NCBI GenBank assembly: GCA_965240325.2
Contig: OZ251225.1
Location: 930,001 to 994,000, forward strand
Source of the DNA: Rebecca billardiae RCC1528
Taxonomy: Eukaryota; Protista; Haptophyta
Direction: 5' to 3'
Length of the DNA stretch: 64,000 nucleotides
The notes under the pieces were generated by a model. The model searched no databases, was not told the origin of the DNA, and saw only the letters and a program-made list of their open reading frames with translations. Below, piece by piece: positions 44,052 to 55,083 of the stretch. Both the position numbers and the translations under genes were made by a program. How positions within the stretch are numbered: position 1 is the stretch's first letter; the number at the start of each line of letters is the position of its first letter.

Positions 44052-46559
44052 TCACGGCTGGCTGCCGGGGCTCCGCGTGAGAGCGCACTCGCTCACGTTG
44101 AGCACAGCCGTGAGCATGGACGCCGATGTGCCGTCGGCATCAGGCGCGGCTGGCGACGCGCGCGCGCGCGGCGGCATCTCGGCGAGCAGGTGGCCGGCGA
44201 ACGTGCGCACGCGCCACGCGTCGCCCGCGCTGCCCTCGAACGTGAGCGCCTGCGCGGCCATCACCGCCTGCAACTCGTGCTCTGCGCCGCGCGCGTCGAG
44301 GTGGAACAGGAGGGCTGGGTATGGCGCGCGGTTCTGCACGGTCAGGGCGAGCGGCCGCGTGTCGAGAGCGTTCGGCCGGAGGTGTGCGGAGGGCTGCGGG
44401 CACGGCGACGGGCGGGGCGCGTCAGGCCCACCCTCCGCCTTGCCCACCGCGCACGCGGGCTGCAGCGCCGGAGGGCAGCAGCTGCTGTCGCGCGCGCAGT
44501 CGCCCCCACACGAGCATGAGGAGCCATCAGTGAAGTGCAGGCTCACCACTCGCCGCCCCTTCGGCCGCGCGACGCGTGGCTGCTCGGCGGCGATGAGGGC
44601 GGGCACGGGGGGCAGCTGCAGCCGTTGCGCGAGGGCCGTGCGCCCGCCGATGCGCAGCTCGCCCAGCAGCTGCACGGCCGCCGCGCCGCCTGTGCCACTC
44701 ACTAAGCCACCGCCGCCCTCGCCGCCCTCGCCCGCTCCGCTCCCGCCGTCCACCGCGCCGCCCGCCGCGCCCGCGCCCTCGTCCGAGGCTGATGCCTGCC
44801 CGTCGGTGGTGCCGGCTGGGTCAGCGTCGGCCGATGATGGCGAGGTCTCGCCCGGCGGCGGCGGCGCCGGACCGGCCGCATCAGCAGCCGCGCCCTCCGC
44901 CGCGCACGTCTCCGCCTCGGCGTGGATGAGACGCGCGTGCGCCGCGAGCACTGTTGTGCGCAGGTGCGCGGCCGCGCCGGTCGTGGCCGTCGGCACGGGG
45001 CCGATGAAGGCGGGCCGGGTCGGCGCGCGCATCGCGGCCTCGACGGCGGCCGTCAGGTTGGCCGCGCACTGCGCGCTCGGCTTGCCGCGCCGCTCCAAGC
45101 ACCCCTCCTCCACGCCCGCCACCGAGAGGTGCGCGCGCAGGTGATGGTTGAGCACGCTCGGCCTCACGTCGTCGGGCGCGTGTGCGACAATCGTCGGCAG
45201 GAGCGCCTCGTCGGCGTGCGGCCGGTGCGCGAGCGCGCGGACGATCTCGTCGATGCGGCCGGAGCCGTCCGGGCGGTCGTCGAGCGGGGCGCTGCCGATG
45301 CCGAAGGCGCGCGCGATGTGCGCGCTCAGCTCGTGCGAGAGCACAACCCCGGCCGCTCGGCTGGTGGGCGACGGCTGCGCAGCGCGCCGCACGGCCGAGC
45401 AGCCGCCCTCCGCCTCCGCTGCGGCGGGCGCGGGCATGTCCGCCCAGAGCACGGGCTGCGTGTGCGGCGGTAGCAGCAGCATGGCCTGCTCGGCCGAGAG
45501 GTGCTCGCCGGTGCCCGAGCGCTGCGCACGCCCTGCGCCAGGCGGAGGCGCACAGCCGCAACCACGCGCGCGCGCCGCGCGCAGTGGACGCACACGCGCA
45601 GAGGGATCGCACGGGGGTGTCAGCTCGGCGCGCGCAGAAGAGGCGCGCAGGCGGACGTGTTGAGGGTACGCACCGTGGTGGGCTGCGTGCGCTGCAGTCG
45701 CAGCAGAGCCGTCGGGCAAGAACCCCAGCTCAACCACGCCGCCGCCGCCGCCGCCGCCGCCATCGTCCGCACCATCGGCGACGCCGGCCCCGCCGCCCGC
45801 CTCGGCCACGGCCGCGCCGATGCCGACGAGAGTGCCCTCGCCCTCGCAGCCGATGGCGAGGTCGTACGCGTCGAGTGCGCTCGGGGCGGACAGCTCGGTG
45901 CACGCACGCGGATACCGCGCCGCCACTCGCCGCGCGCTCAGCGGCACGAACGAGAACCCCTTCATCTCGCGCAGCAGCGCGCGCACGGACGCGCCGGGCG
46001 CCGCCACCAGCTCAGCTTCGTGCAGCGCGACAAACGCGTCGAAGGCGAGCTCGCGCTGGACGGCGGCGCAGAGGGCGTCGAGCAGCGGCGCGACGGCGGA
46101 GAAGGTGGAAGGCTGCACGCGGTGGTGCGTGCGCATCACGTGCACGTTCGGCGCGCCCGCCAGCACCGTGCTCGCGCGCAGCTCGGCGCGCATCGCGTGG
46201 TCTGCGCGCGGGTCTGTGTGCAGGAGGAATGCGTCATGTGGCGCGTGCAGGAGCTCGAGATTGGTGCGGGCGAGCGGGGCGGCACCAGGCGATACGAGCG
46301 ATATGAACCAGACCACGACCACGCCCTCAGTGTCGTCTCCACGCCCCGAGACATTCAGCTCTGCCAGCGAGTCGTTTGCCGGCGCAAACGGGTGAGCATG
46401 CGCGTCGAGTGCGCGCTGCAGAGCAGCGGCGCAGCTGGCGGGGACGTGACCGTCCGCGCCGGCGGAGGGGCCTGATCCCGGTCGGCGTGCCCAGCCCGCG
46501 CCGGCGTTCTGGGGGCGGAAGAGCAGAGCGAGCAGCAGCCACGGCTCGGTGCGCAGCAT
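44052..46559 (-). CDS. Secretory protein: divergent GT14 (core-2/I-branching/xylosyltransferase-like) domain + somatomedin-B-like Cys motif + VHL-beta-like domain; probable intron near 45520-45660
   Basis: Signal peptide; LHAPHDAFLLHTD..PNVHV..V..STFSAV..FDAFVALHEAE and HADEALLPT; CSCGGDCARDSSCCP; LTVQNRAPYPALLFHLDARGAEHEL..GDAWRVR. Confidence 0.55.
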   Translation of the reverse strand: MLRTEPWLLLALLFRPQNAGAGWARRPGSGPSAGADGHVPASCAAALQRALDAHAHPFAPANDSLAELNVSGRGDDTEGVVVVWFISLVSPGAAPLARTNLELLHAPHDAFLLHTDPRADHAMRAELRASTVLAGAPNVHVMRTHHRVQPSTFSAVAPLLDALCAAVQRELAFDAFVALHEAELVAAPGASVRALLREMKGFSFVPLSARRVAARYPRACTELSAPSALDAYDLAIGCEGEGTLVGIGAAVAEAGGGAGVADGADDGGGGGGGGVVELGFLPDGSAATAAHAAHHGAYPQHVRLRASSARAELTPPCDPSARVRPLRAARARGCGCAPPPGAGRAQRSGTGEHLSAEQAMLLLPPHTQPVLWADMPAPAAAEAEGGCSAVRRAAQPSPTSRAAGVVLSHELSAHIARAFGIGSAPLDDRPDGSGRIDEIVRALAHRPHADEALLPTIVAHAPDDVRPSVLNHHLRAHLSVAGVEEGCLERRGKPSAQCAANLTAAVEAAMRAPTRPAFIGPVPTATTGAAAHLRTTVLAAHARLIHAEAETCAAEGAAADAAGPAPPPPGETSPSSADADPAGTTDGQASASDEGAGAAGGAVDGGSGAGEGGEGGGGLVSGTGGAAAVQLLGELRIGGRTALAQRLQLPPVPALIAAEQPRVARPKGRRVVSLHFTDGSSCSCGGDCARDSSCCPPALQPACAVGKAEGGPDAPRPSPCPQPSAHLRPNALDTRPLALTVQNRAPYPALLFHLDARGAEHELQAVMAAQALTFEGSAGDAWRVRTFAGHLLAEMPPRARASPAAPDADGTSASMLTAVLNVSECALTRSPGSQP

Positions 46560-46754
46560 GGCCGCGCAGACCGAAACGTGGCGCCACGTCCCGGCTTGAC
46601 AAGACGAAAAAGGGCATCACGGCAGTACGGCCAAGTACGGCACTTCTTCCGCCTGCGCGGTGGACGTGACAAGTCGGCAGCTGGAGGCCCCCCGGCGCCG
46701 GCGCGTCGTCGGCTGGCACGCGTGCTGGTGTCAGCCCAGCGGGAGTCGCGTTCG

Positions 46755-47606
46755 ATGGGGAAACGCCGCCGCGATGAGAGCTCTTCGGACAGTAGCAGCA
46801 CGTCGGGTGGCGACAGCGAAGCGCGAGATGACGAACGCCGCGGCAAGCACCGCGATGGGAGCGACAGTGACGGCAGCCGGCGGCGCAAGGAGAAGCACTC
46901 GTCGAAGAAGGACAAGCGCTCGCGCCGGCACGAGAGGGACTCGAAGAAGGAGAAAAGCCGCGGGAAGGAGAAGAAGGCGAAGCGCTCCAAGGACAAGCGG
47001 CACAAGAAGGAGAAGAAGGGGAAGGACAAGCACCAAGGCGGCTCGTCGAGCGGCGCGGGGAACCTGATGGGCTCGTGGGGCAAGTACGGCATCATCAAAG
47101 ACGATCGGCCGGACCTCTCGCGGTACGAGGACGAGTTCCAGGCGTGGATGTCCGACGTGAAGGGGATCGGCGCAGCCGGCCTTCCGCGGTGGGAGCTCGA
47201 AGAGCACTGGAAGACCTTTGTCGAGGACTTCAACACGGGCACGCTGCCGGACAAGAAGTACTACGACCTGAAGAAGTGGATGGTGAAGGAGGCGGAGAGG
47301 CGCAAGGCCACGGGCGAGGACGAGCGCACCACGTTTGACGACGAAGAGGCGCTTCGGCGCGAGCGCGCCGAGGCGGCCAGGCGGCGCGAGCAGGAGGTCT
47401 CTCGCGACACGCTGCTGCGCATGGGCGCGGCCAACACGATCGAGGACATGCGCGCGCAGGAGATGGCGAGGCTGGAGATGCAGCACGCATGGCGCACGGG
47501 GGACAACGCCAAGGCAGAGGAGCTGCTCAAGAAATTTGCGCCGGAGACAAATGACGAGAAGTGGAGGCAGCTCAAAGCAGAAGCACGCGCCCTCGGCAGG
47601 GGTTGA
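46755..47606 (+). CDS. Conserved Lys/Arg/Ser-rich, probably nuclear, protein of unknown function
   Basis: K/R/S-rich N-terminus, then WGKYGII..EFQAWMSDVK..FVEDFNTGTLPDKKYYDL, a motif I recall from plant and protist uncharacterised proteins. Confidence 0.8.
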   Translation: MGKRRRDESSSDSSSTSGGDSEARDDERRGKHRDGSDSDGSRRRKEKHSSKKDKRSRRHERDSKKEKSRGKEKKAKRSKDKRHKKEKKGKDKHQGGSSSGAGNLMGSWGKYGIIKDDRPDLSRYEDEFQAWMSDVKGIGAAGLPRWELEEHWKTFVEDFNTGTLPDKKYYDLKKWMVKEAERRKATGEDERTTFDDEEALRRERAEAARRREQEVSRDTLLRMGAANTIEDMRAQEMARLEMQHAWRTGDNAKAEELLKKFAPETNDEKWRQLKAEARALGRG

Positions 47607-48234
47607 CCACCCTCGCATTCTGAACACCAGCCCGTGCCGACAGTGCACAGGCAGCCCGCGCCGGAAGATTTCAGCACACTTCAGAATCCGACCGTGAGCC
47701 TAGTAATCAGGAGTGACGACTGACGCCTGGCGATCATGATGGCGGCGGGCGGACTATACCGCAATAATAACCGGCCACGAGCGCCGGGGCCGAGTGGCGA
47801 CGAGTCGCTGTCGGCGGTGACACCGTGCGTATGACGTCTTAAATTCTTAAAAGTAAAACGTGATACGCCGTCCGGAAGGCGTCACCCGCCCTAGCCCTAG
47901 GTCTCTCTTCGGAGAGCGTGCGATGAAGGATGGCGCGGCAACCTGCCACCGTGAGCCTTACGCACGTTAAAACAAATAAACTGTAGGTAGGCTAGCGGGC
48001 CTAGGCTCAGAGCCCGGCGGCTAGAGCCCGAGTAGAGGCCTACCCGCTACCGCCTAGGCCCGGGGCCCGCCCGCCCGCCCAGACCCCGGGCCCGGCAGCC
48101 GGGCCGACTTCCGACGCCGCTGACGCCGGCGACGCTGACGGCGCGGCGTCGGCCGCCGTCGTCTCTCTCTCTCTCTCTGTGTGTAGTGTGCGTGTACGCG
48201 TACTCATATTTGCTATATCTATATCTATATTGTC

Positions 48235-49221
48235 TCATGGGCGGACCGTGGAGCAGTTGGGATTGCTCACGGCCCACTCCGGAGGGAAGGGCGCGCAGTC
48301 CTTGCCTCGCCGCGGCTTTCGGATCCACCACTTGCGGTCCTGCCACGACGCGTCGATGTACAGCCCCTTCTGAGCGGCGAAGTCGCACGCGCCGCGTACA
48401 ACACTCGGCCACGAGATGCTCCAGTCGTCGCCGAGCAGCACGCCGCCCGGCTTGAGCAGCGGCCACCAGTGCGCGAGGTCCTGCAGCACGTCCTCGTACT
48501 CGTGCGCCGCGTCGATGTGGATCAGGTCGGCCTGCACGCCGCCGAGTCTCGAGAGGACCGCGCTCGCCATCCCACTCGGCGCAGGGAACGGGATAACGTA
48601 CGCCGACGCATTCGCCTTGAGCACATTACTGAGGAACTGGTAGTACACTTGTGGGAAGCCATTCTTTAGCATCAGGTTGCGTGTGGGGTCGGGCTTGCCG
48701 TACGAGCGCTCGCGCGTCCAGAACTCGGGCGCGCCGAGCCACGTGTCCACCGCGACGAGCGCGCCGCCACCCACGTGCTGCGCCATCGCGCGCGTGAGAT
48801 GCAGCGCGGACGAGCCCTTCCACACGCCAATCTCGATCGTCAGCTGTGGCCGCACGCTCGCGACCAACCGCTCGTAAAACTCGTACCCGGGGCCCCACCC
48901 GCTGACATCGGCAGGGATCGCGCGCACGTCGCCGAGTTCGGCGTACGGGTCGTGCTCGTGGAAGATCGAGCGCTTGTTGTGCTGGCACTTGGACCCAAAG
49001 TGGCCAGGCGGGCACGCTGGTTGCGCGACGCCCTGCGGCGCGCTCGGCGCCATGGCCGCGGGCCGGAGCGGCACTGGCCTACACTCCGGCGACGAGGAGT
49101 GGCGGCTCAGGATGTACACACCCGCGCCGGGCCGGAAGAACCAGGCGTAGCACGCGCACAGCGCGAGCATGCCGCCAAGGGCGACGACGCCTTTCCTACT
49201 ACTGCGCGTGCGCATCGCCAT
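48235..49221 (-). CDS. Type II membrane class I SAM-dependent methyltransferase (Methyltransf_24-like)
   Basis: N-terminal TM; IEIGVWKGSS, VAVDTWLG, DLIHIDAAHEY, LLKPGGVLLGDDW. Confidence 0.9.
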   Translation of the reverse strand: MAMRTRSSRKGVVALGGMLALCACYAWFFRPGAGVYILSRHSSSPECRPVPLRPAAMAPSAPQGVAQPACPPGHFGSKCQHNKRSIFHEHDPYAELGDVRAIPADVSGWGPGYEFYERLVASVRPQLTIEIGVWKGSSALHLTRAMAQHVGGGALVAVDTWLGAPEFWTRERSYGKPDPTRNLMLKNGFPQVYYQFLSNVLKANASAYVIPFPAPSGMASAVLSRLGGVQADLIHIDAAHEYEDVLQDLAHWWPLLKPGGVLLGDDWSISWPSVVRGACDFAAQKGLYIDASWQDRKWWIRKPRRGKDCAPFPPEWAVSNPNCSTVRP

Positions 49222-49431
49222 TTCGGGCGCGCTTTCAATGTTACCGCGCCGAGTTCCGACTCAGCGGGTGCGCAGCAAGGGCCCTTGTCCGGCCTTCGGC
49301 GGCCGACCCGCTGTTCCGGGCGGCCGGGGGAGGGGCGCGTCCGCCCGGTGAGCGGTTCCGCTTTCAGCTTAGTTAGGCTGCCGGTCGCGCAGGCTGCGCC
49401 GCCTGTAGAGTGTAGACATAGCCTATGACTG

Positions 49432-50868
49432 CTACATGCTGCGCCGCCGGCAACGGCTGCGGCGACGTCGCCCACGACGGTTCTGCGTCTCCAGCCCAGG
49501 GTTGGTATTGAAGTGGAATCCGTTCGCGAAGAGTGTCATGCGACCCGGTGGGCCGACGACGAGGGCGCGCAGGACGAGGCGGTGGCGGTTGGCGGGCGGC
49601 GGCTCATGGCCGTCTCCGTTGCTCACCTCCAGCTCGCACGCGCATCCGTCACTTGCCTCGCGTCCCGAGACCTCAGCGCCACCTACCCGGCGCGGCGGCG
49701 GACTTGCTTTCGCGACGTAGAAATCGGTGATCGTGCTGCGCGTGCGCGTGTTCTTGTGCAGGCCGTCAAAGCTGCAGTTATGTTTAGCGCACTCGGGTCG
49801 CTGGTTCATGCCCCGGAAGACAGTGCTGCACTGGCAGCCCCCGACACAGCTCACGTTCGCGAGGCCCATGAGCGGCCTTGCGGCGTCGTGCGACTTGAGC
49901 ATGCCGAGCGACGCCTGCACCGGGCTTGCGAGGGGCCCGCGCCCGCGTGCGATACACACGCGCGCGCGTGAGCCCGGCTCTGTCGCCTCCCAGCCGACCT
50001 TTGTGGCAGTTCCAGCGCCCAAGCGCGATGCCTCTGGCGACAGCAGGTCGACCCGCTTGAAGCCATCTGCCGCAGTCAGCACGTCCTGAAGCTCGCTGCC
50101 CATGTAGCAGGTGACGGGGGGCGACGAGACTGCGGGCACTCCGCCCGGCTGGTCCGTGCGCGGGGCCACGGGCTGGGGTGACGAGCGCGTGCCCGCGGGC
50201 GGCCAAGTGCCGGCCTTGCGTGGGGGGAGGTTGCGCGGGGGGGAGGCGGGTGACGAGGGTGCGCGGAAGTGCTCCATCACCGCCCTGGCGACGAGCGCGT
50301 GCCCGGGGGCGGCCAAGTGCCGGCCGTGTGACTCGAAGGTGCCCTCTGGCGCGGTGCGCGCGTTGACGACGACGACGGGAACGTCGAGCTCGCGCGCGAG
50401 CTGTAGCATCACGCCATGCGTTCGATTCATCTCCGGCAACGGGTAGGCGTACTGGTGCCGGCCGGACTCATTGCGCGCGCCCTCAAACACGTGCACGGCA
50501 ACGATCCGCAAGTCAGGCGTGGCCACGAGTGATCGAAGGAGGGAAGCGTATGCACCGAGTTGTAGCTTGGTGCCGCCGTCGCCCATGTTGGGCAGGTACT
50601 CGACCGTTGCGAACCGAGCGTCAGCTGTCAGGAATCCCGAGAAGCATGCTGCCGCGAACAGCGGGCCCGTCGCCGGCACGCATCTGTTCACTTGACGCAC
50701 GCTCGGGCCGAGCGCCCTTTGCACGAGGGTGCGGAAATTCGCATCCTTGGTAACGCCGTGGCCACATGTGTTGCTGCCACCGAACGCGACGTACGCTGCA
50801 GTGCCCCCACTTTTGCGAGGAGGTACTGCGTGCAAGATGACCGCCGCCAGCACGAGCGCGACCGCCAT
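49432..50868 (-). CDS. Secreted SGNH/GDSL hydrolase-like protein
   Basis: Signal peptide MAVALVLAAVILHA; block I AFGGSNTCG, block II PATGP, block III VEYLPN, block V GRHLAAPGHALVA. Confidence 0.75.
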   Translation of the reverse strand: MAVALVLAAVILHAVPPRKSGGTAAYVAFGGSNTCGHGVTKDANFRTLVQRALGPSVRQVNRCVPATGPLFAAACFSGFLTADARFATVEYLPNMGDGGTKLQLGAYASLLRSLVATPDLRIVAVHVFEGARNESGRHQYAYPLPEMNRTHGVMLQLARELDVPVVVVNARTAPEGTFESHGRHLAAPGHALVARAVMEHFRAPSSPASPPRNLPPRKAGTWPPAGTRSSPQPVAPRTDQPGGVPAVSSPPVTCYMGSELQDVLTAADGFKRVDLLSPEASRLGAGTATKVGWEATEPGSRARVCIARGRGPLASPVQASLGMLKSHDAARPLMGLANVSCVGGCQCSTVFRGMNQRPECAKHNCSFDGLHKNTRTRSTITDFYVAKASPPPRRVGGAEVSGREASDGCACELEVSNGDGHEPPPANRHRLVLRALVVGPPGRMTLFANGFHFNTNPGLETQNRRGRRRRSRCRRRSM

Positions 50869-51074
50869 GCTGCTCGACGACGACCTGGAAATAAAACGCC
50901 GAACGGCCGAAGCGTGAGTCACCCGGACTTCAGACTGCTCGCTGGTGAAGAACAGCTGGTGAGGAACCGGAGACGCAGGAAGGAAAGTAGGGCGCTTGGC
51001 GCGACGACTGCGAGGATTCGCGAGGCGCGAGCAGGCCGGCCGCGGTCGTCGTCGTCATCAGAGCCGGCACGAGG

Positions 51075-51341
51075 ATGCGCGGGGGCCGCGCACAACTCAT
51101 CAACACGCGCAGGTGGTGTGGACCGGCGGCGATGGCCGTGCTGATGTCCGCTGCATGGCGCCCCTGCGCCGCGTTGCGCTCGTCGGTCGTCCTTCCGTGG
51201 CGAGCAGCGAGTGCGCGGGCCGGTGCCGCGCGGATGCAGATGAACGAGCCGCCAGCATCGACCAATTTTGTCCGCAATATCGTGCTCGACGACCTTGAGA
51301 GCGGGAAGCACTCGCAGCTCGTCACTCGCTTCCCGCCCGAA

Positions 51342-51374
<33 letters not shown>

Positions 51375-52973
51375 TCGATCTGCCTCAACTTTGGGCTTGC
51401 CGCCGAGCTGAATGGCATCACGTACATGCGGCTGGACGACACCAACCCGCTGAAGGAGGACGTTGAGTACGAGGATTCGATCCTCGAGGACGTGAAGTGG
51501 CTTGGGTACGACTGGGCTAACCGGCTCACCCACGCCTCCGACTACTTCGACCGCCTCTACGAGATCGCCGAGCAGATGATCGAGGACGGCCTCGCGTACG
51601 TGGACACAGCGGACCTCGAGATGATCCGCGAGTACAGGGGCAACTACGCAAACCCGGGGCGGCCGACGCCGGACCGCGAGCGCCCGCCCGCCGAGTCGCT
51701 CGAGATGTTCCGCCGCATGCGCGCCGGCGAGTTCAAGGAGGGCGAGTGCGTCCTCCGCGCCAAGATCGACCTTGAGGCGAACAACATGAACATGCGCGAC
51801 CCCGTGCTGTACCGGGTGCGGCACGCGCCGCACCAGCAGACGGGGGACAAGTGGTGCATCTACCCGCTGTACGACTTCGCGCACCCGCTCTCCGACGCGC
51901 TCGAGTCGATCACGCACTCGCTGTGCACGCTCGAGTTCCAGGACCACCGCCCGCTCTACGACTGGGTGCTGCAGGCGCTGCGAGAGCCGCGGCCGTGCAG
52001 CCCGCTGCCACGCCAGATCGAGGTGAGCCGGCTCAACGTGCACTACACCGTGCTGAGCAAGCGCAAGCTGGTGCGGCTGGTGGAGGAGGGCCACGTGCGC
52101 GGCTGGGACGACCCGCGGATGCCCACGCTCGCCGGCCTGCGCCGCCGCGGCTACCCGCCCGCCGCGGTGCGCCTCTTCTGCGAGCGCACGGGCATCTCGA
52201 AGGAGGACAAGAACATCGACCTGGGCGTGCTCGAGGACTGCTGCCGCGAGGCACTCGACGCCGAGGCGGCGCGCGCGATGGCCGTGCTCCGCCCGCTCAA
52301 GGTGACGATCACCAACTGGCCGGAGGGCGAGACCGAGACGCTCGAGGCGCCCGTCCACCCCAAGCAGCCCGAGCGCGGCTCGCGCGAGCTCACCATGTCG
52401 CGCACCGTGTACATCGACCGCGAGGACTTTGCCCTCGAGCCGCCGCCCAAGTTCTTCCGGCTGGCGCCGGGCCGCGAGGTGCGGCTGCGCAACGCGTACG
52501 CGATCAAGTGCGAGGAGGTGCTGTACGGCGAGGACGGCGAGGTGAGCGAGCTTCGCTGCACGTACGACGAGAGCACCAAGCAGGGCGCCGGGCGCAAGAT
52601 CAAGGGCGTGGTCCACTGGGTCTCGGCCGAGGCGGCTGTGAGCCTGACCGTACGCAACTGGGACCGGCTGTTCACGCAGGCAGTGCCGGGCGCGGCGCAC
52701 GAGTCGGGCGACTTCCTCGCAGACCTCAACCCTGAGTCAGCCGTCGAGCTCGAGGGCTGCCTCGGCGAGGCGTCACTGCGCGACGTCGCACCAGGCATGC
52801 AATTCCAATTCGAGCGCCTCGGATATTACGCGGTGGACGCACACGACTCGACGCCCGAGCGGCCTGTGCTCAACCGCGTCGTGACACTGCGGGACACGTG
52901 GGGCAAGATGAACGCGAAGGAGGCGGAGGCGGCAGCCAAGGCCCTGCGCAAGATGGAGAAGGCAGGCGGCTGA
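51075..52973 (+). CDS. glnS: Glutaminyl-tRNA synthetase, bacterial-type architecture with an N-terminal organelle transit peptide (start 51075 or 51132)
   Basis: TRFPPEPNGYLHIGHAKSI, DDTNP, WCIYPLYDFAH, THSLCTLEF, VLSKRKL, GWDDPRMPT, FQFERLGYY. Ala/Arg/Ser-rich leader. No intron evident. Confidence 0.95.
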
Positions 52974-53655
52974 TGATGTTTGGATGATGCGAACTCCGGT
53001 GTGCTGCTGCATGAGCGTCGCGCAAGTGAGATACTGTCATAGCGCGAGTCAGTTCTCACACGGTGGTGATGATCAATATGTAGCTACCGCCCACGGGTGG
53101 GAAATGAATCAAAATGTTTACTGCGTATATATGGCTCGGACTGATGAATGACAGCGCATAATTCATCAGCAATGATCTGATATACAGTATATATAAGTAT
53201 ATATGCTGCTCCGCGCTTGATCCCGTGCCGCATCCGACGACTCGATAGCTATATATGATGTATATATATATAGTCGTTGATTAATAATTGAGTAGTGTAT
53301 TTTATTAAACGTACGGTCCGTGAGACTAGTCTGTTCGCATTCGCGTGCCTTCATCAGAATGCGAATCATCAGATGGCAATTCTCATAAGATGGCAGATGC
53401 AACAGGCTGAGGCTGAGCACTCTGAATGAAGTCTGAGAGCGGAGTGAGAGCCGGCAGCGGCGCCGGCGTAGCCGGTCGGCGTAGCCGGGACTCGCCACTC
53501 GGCGACTCACGGACTCACGGTCACGGACTGCCACCGGACTCCGGAGTCAGTACTCGGAGCTGTAGCGGATCGGTCAGCTAGTTATATGGACAGACCAGAT
53601 GACTACTGATTTTTATTATGGTCTGACACAATTGAAACAAACCGAATAATAATAA

Positions 53656-53661
<6 letters not shown>

Positions 53662-53696
<35 letters not shown>

Positions 53697-53810
53697 CGTC
53701 GTCGTGTAACTAGCGGCGGTAAGCGGAGTATAACCGTACTGCAGTCTGCATGCGCATGCTGCGCCGTACAGCGGTCGGACAGAATCCCTCAATCCGCGCA
53801 CTCTTCGGAG

Positions 53811-53862
<52 letters not shown>
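53662..53862. repeat. Two long (TA)n tracts bracketing a 120-bp unique insert (53695-53814)
   Basis: Read directly from the sequence. Confidence 0.85.
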
Positions 53863-53865
<3 letters not shown>

Positions 53866-54116
53866 AGCCTGAATAAAAATCGTCCCGACGAAATATTATT
53901 AGCGCTGTACGGTTTTGTGCTGGCCCAGTCTCGCCGCGTCGTTGTCAGTCTTGTCAGAGACCGGGCGGCCCGGGAGCTTACTGCCCCCCGCCCGACTGAG
54001 CCCGAGCCTGCGCCGTCTGGCGACTCTGGCGTTTGCGCCAGCAGGCCCGTGTGTCCCCAGCGGATAGGCGCGGGCAGAGTGACTGCTACCAGCAATGCGA
54101 GCTCGAACGCGGGCGC

Positions 54117-54977
54117 TCAGAGGCCGTTCCCACTGCGCACGGCCACCAGCTCGATGTCGGCGATGAGGGACTCATCGTAGCGCCGCAGCATGCGCCTACG
54201 CGAGGCAAAGTTGGAAGGGCTGGGCTGCAGATCTGCAGCAAAGCAGGCGTCGTTCTCTTGGACGCGGGTAGTCGGCACAAGCGCCACGTCGGTGATGGTG
54301 GTGAGGCACTGAGCGTCGGGAAGCTTCCAGCCGCGCTCCGGCCGCACGTTGATCCGACGCCGCCCGCCGGGCTTCATGCCCCGGAGCGCCGCATCCAGCG
54401 CCGGCGCCACGCGCCCGCTGCCAATGGCGAGGTCGAAGGTGTCGCCGACCTTGTCGTCGTCTTCACCGTAGCCCACGCTGAAGATGGACGAGCCCTCACC
54501 CGAGAGCCCATCGCGTGAGCGCTTGCCCTGCCTGAGCACCCGATACCGGATACTGGCGACCGTATTCTCGCGCACCTCCTCACCGCCACTCCCACCCGGG
54601 GTGATGTCATAATAACGGTCGCCTTCAGGTGTGCGCTTGATAGAAGCGGCGTCCACCTCCTCGAAGAGGGTCGCTTCGCGCGCTTCGCCGAGCTCACGGC
54701 ACTCATCGACGGAGGAGCACGCCTGCCGCTCGCGCTTCGCGCCCTTGACCGGCGGGGTTGAGCCCTTGATAAGCGCACCGGCAGGCAAGCCGCCGGCAAT
54801 CAGCGCGCTGCCAACGGTGATGCTGGCGAGCCTTGCGACTGCGACGCGGCGCGGAGCGTCGGCGTTTGCGGAGGCCCGAGGAGCGGCACGCTGACAGCTG
54901 GCACTGGGCAGAGCCCGGTGCACAGGTGGGGCAAAGGCTGCAGCGAAAAGGAAGCCGAGGAGACCGGCCGACGGCAT
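54117..54977 (-). CDS. Thylakoid-lumen FKBP-type peptidyl-prolyl isomerase
   Basis: Signal peptide + AAAFAP plastid motif, twin-Arg PRR + hydrophobic stretch + AGA. FKBP motifs YYDITPGG, ALDAALRGMKPGGRRRINVRPERGW, LIADIELV. Confidence 0.85.
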   Translation of the reverse strand: MPSAGLLGFLFAAAFAPPVHRALPSASCQRAAPRASANADAPRRVAVARLASITVGSALIAGGLPAGALIKGSTPPVKGAKRERQACSSVDECRELGEAREATLFEEVDAASIKRTPEGDRYYDITPGGSGGEEVRENTVASIRYRVLRQGKRSRDGLSGEGSSIFSVGYGEDDDKVGDTFDLAIGSGRVAPALDAALRGMKPGGRRRINVRPERGWKLPDAQCLTTITDVALVPTTRVQENDACFAADLQPSPSNFASRRRMLRRYDESLIADIELVAVRSGNGL

Positions 54978-55083
54978 CGTAATTGCTAAACGCGCTCGGG
55001 CCGCGCTCGTGAGCAGCGGCCGAAGTTTCCCGCGGCCGCGCGCGCTCCGGACCAAGACGGGGTTGGGATTCCCGGTGGCCGCG

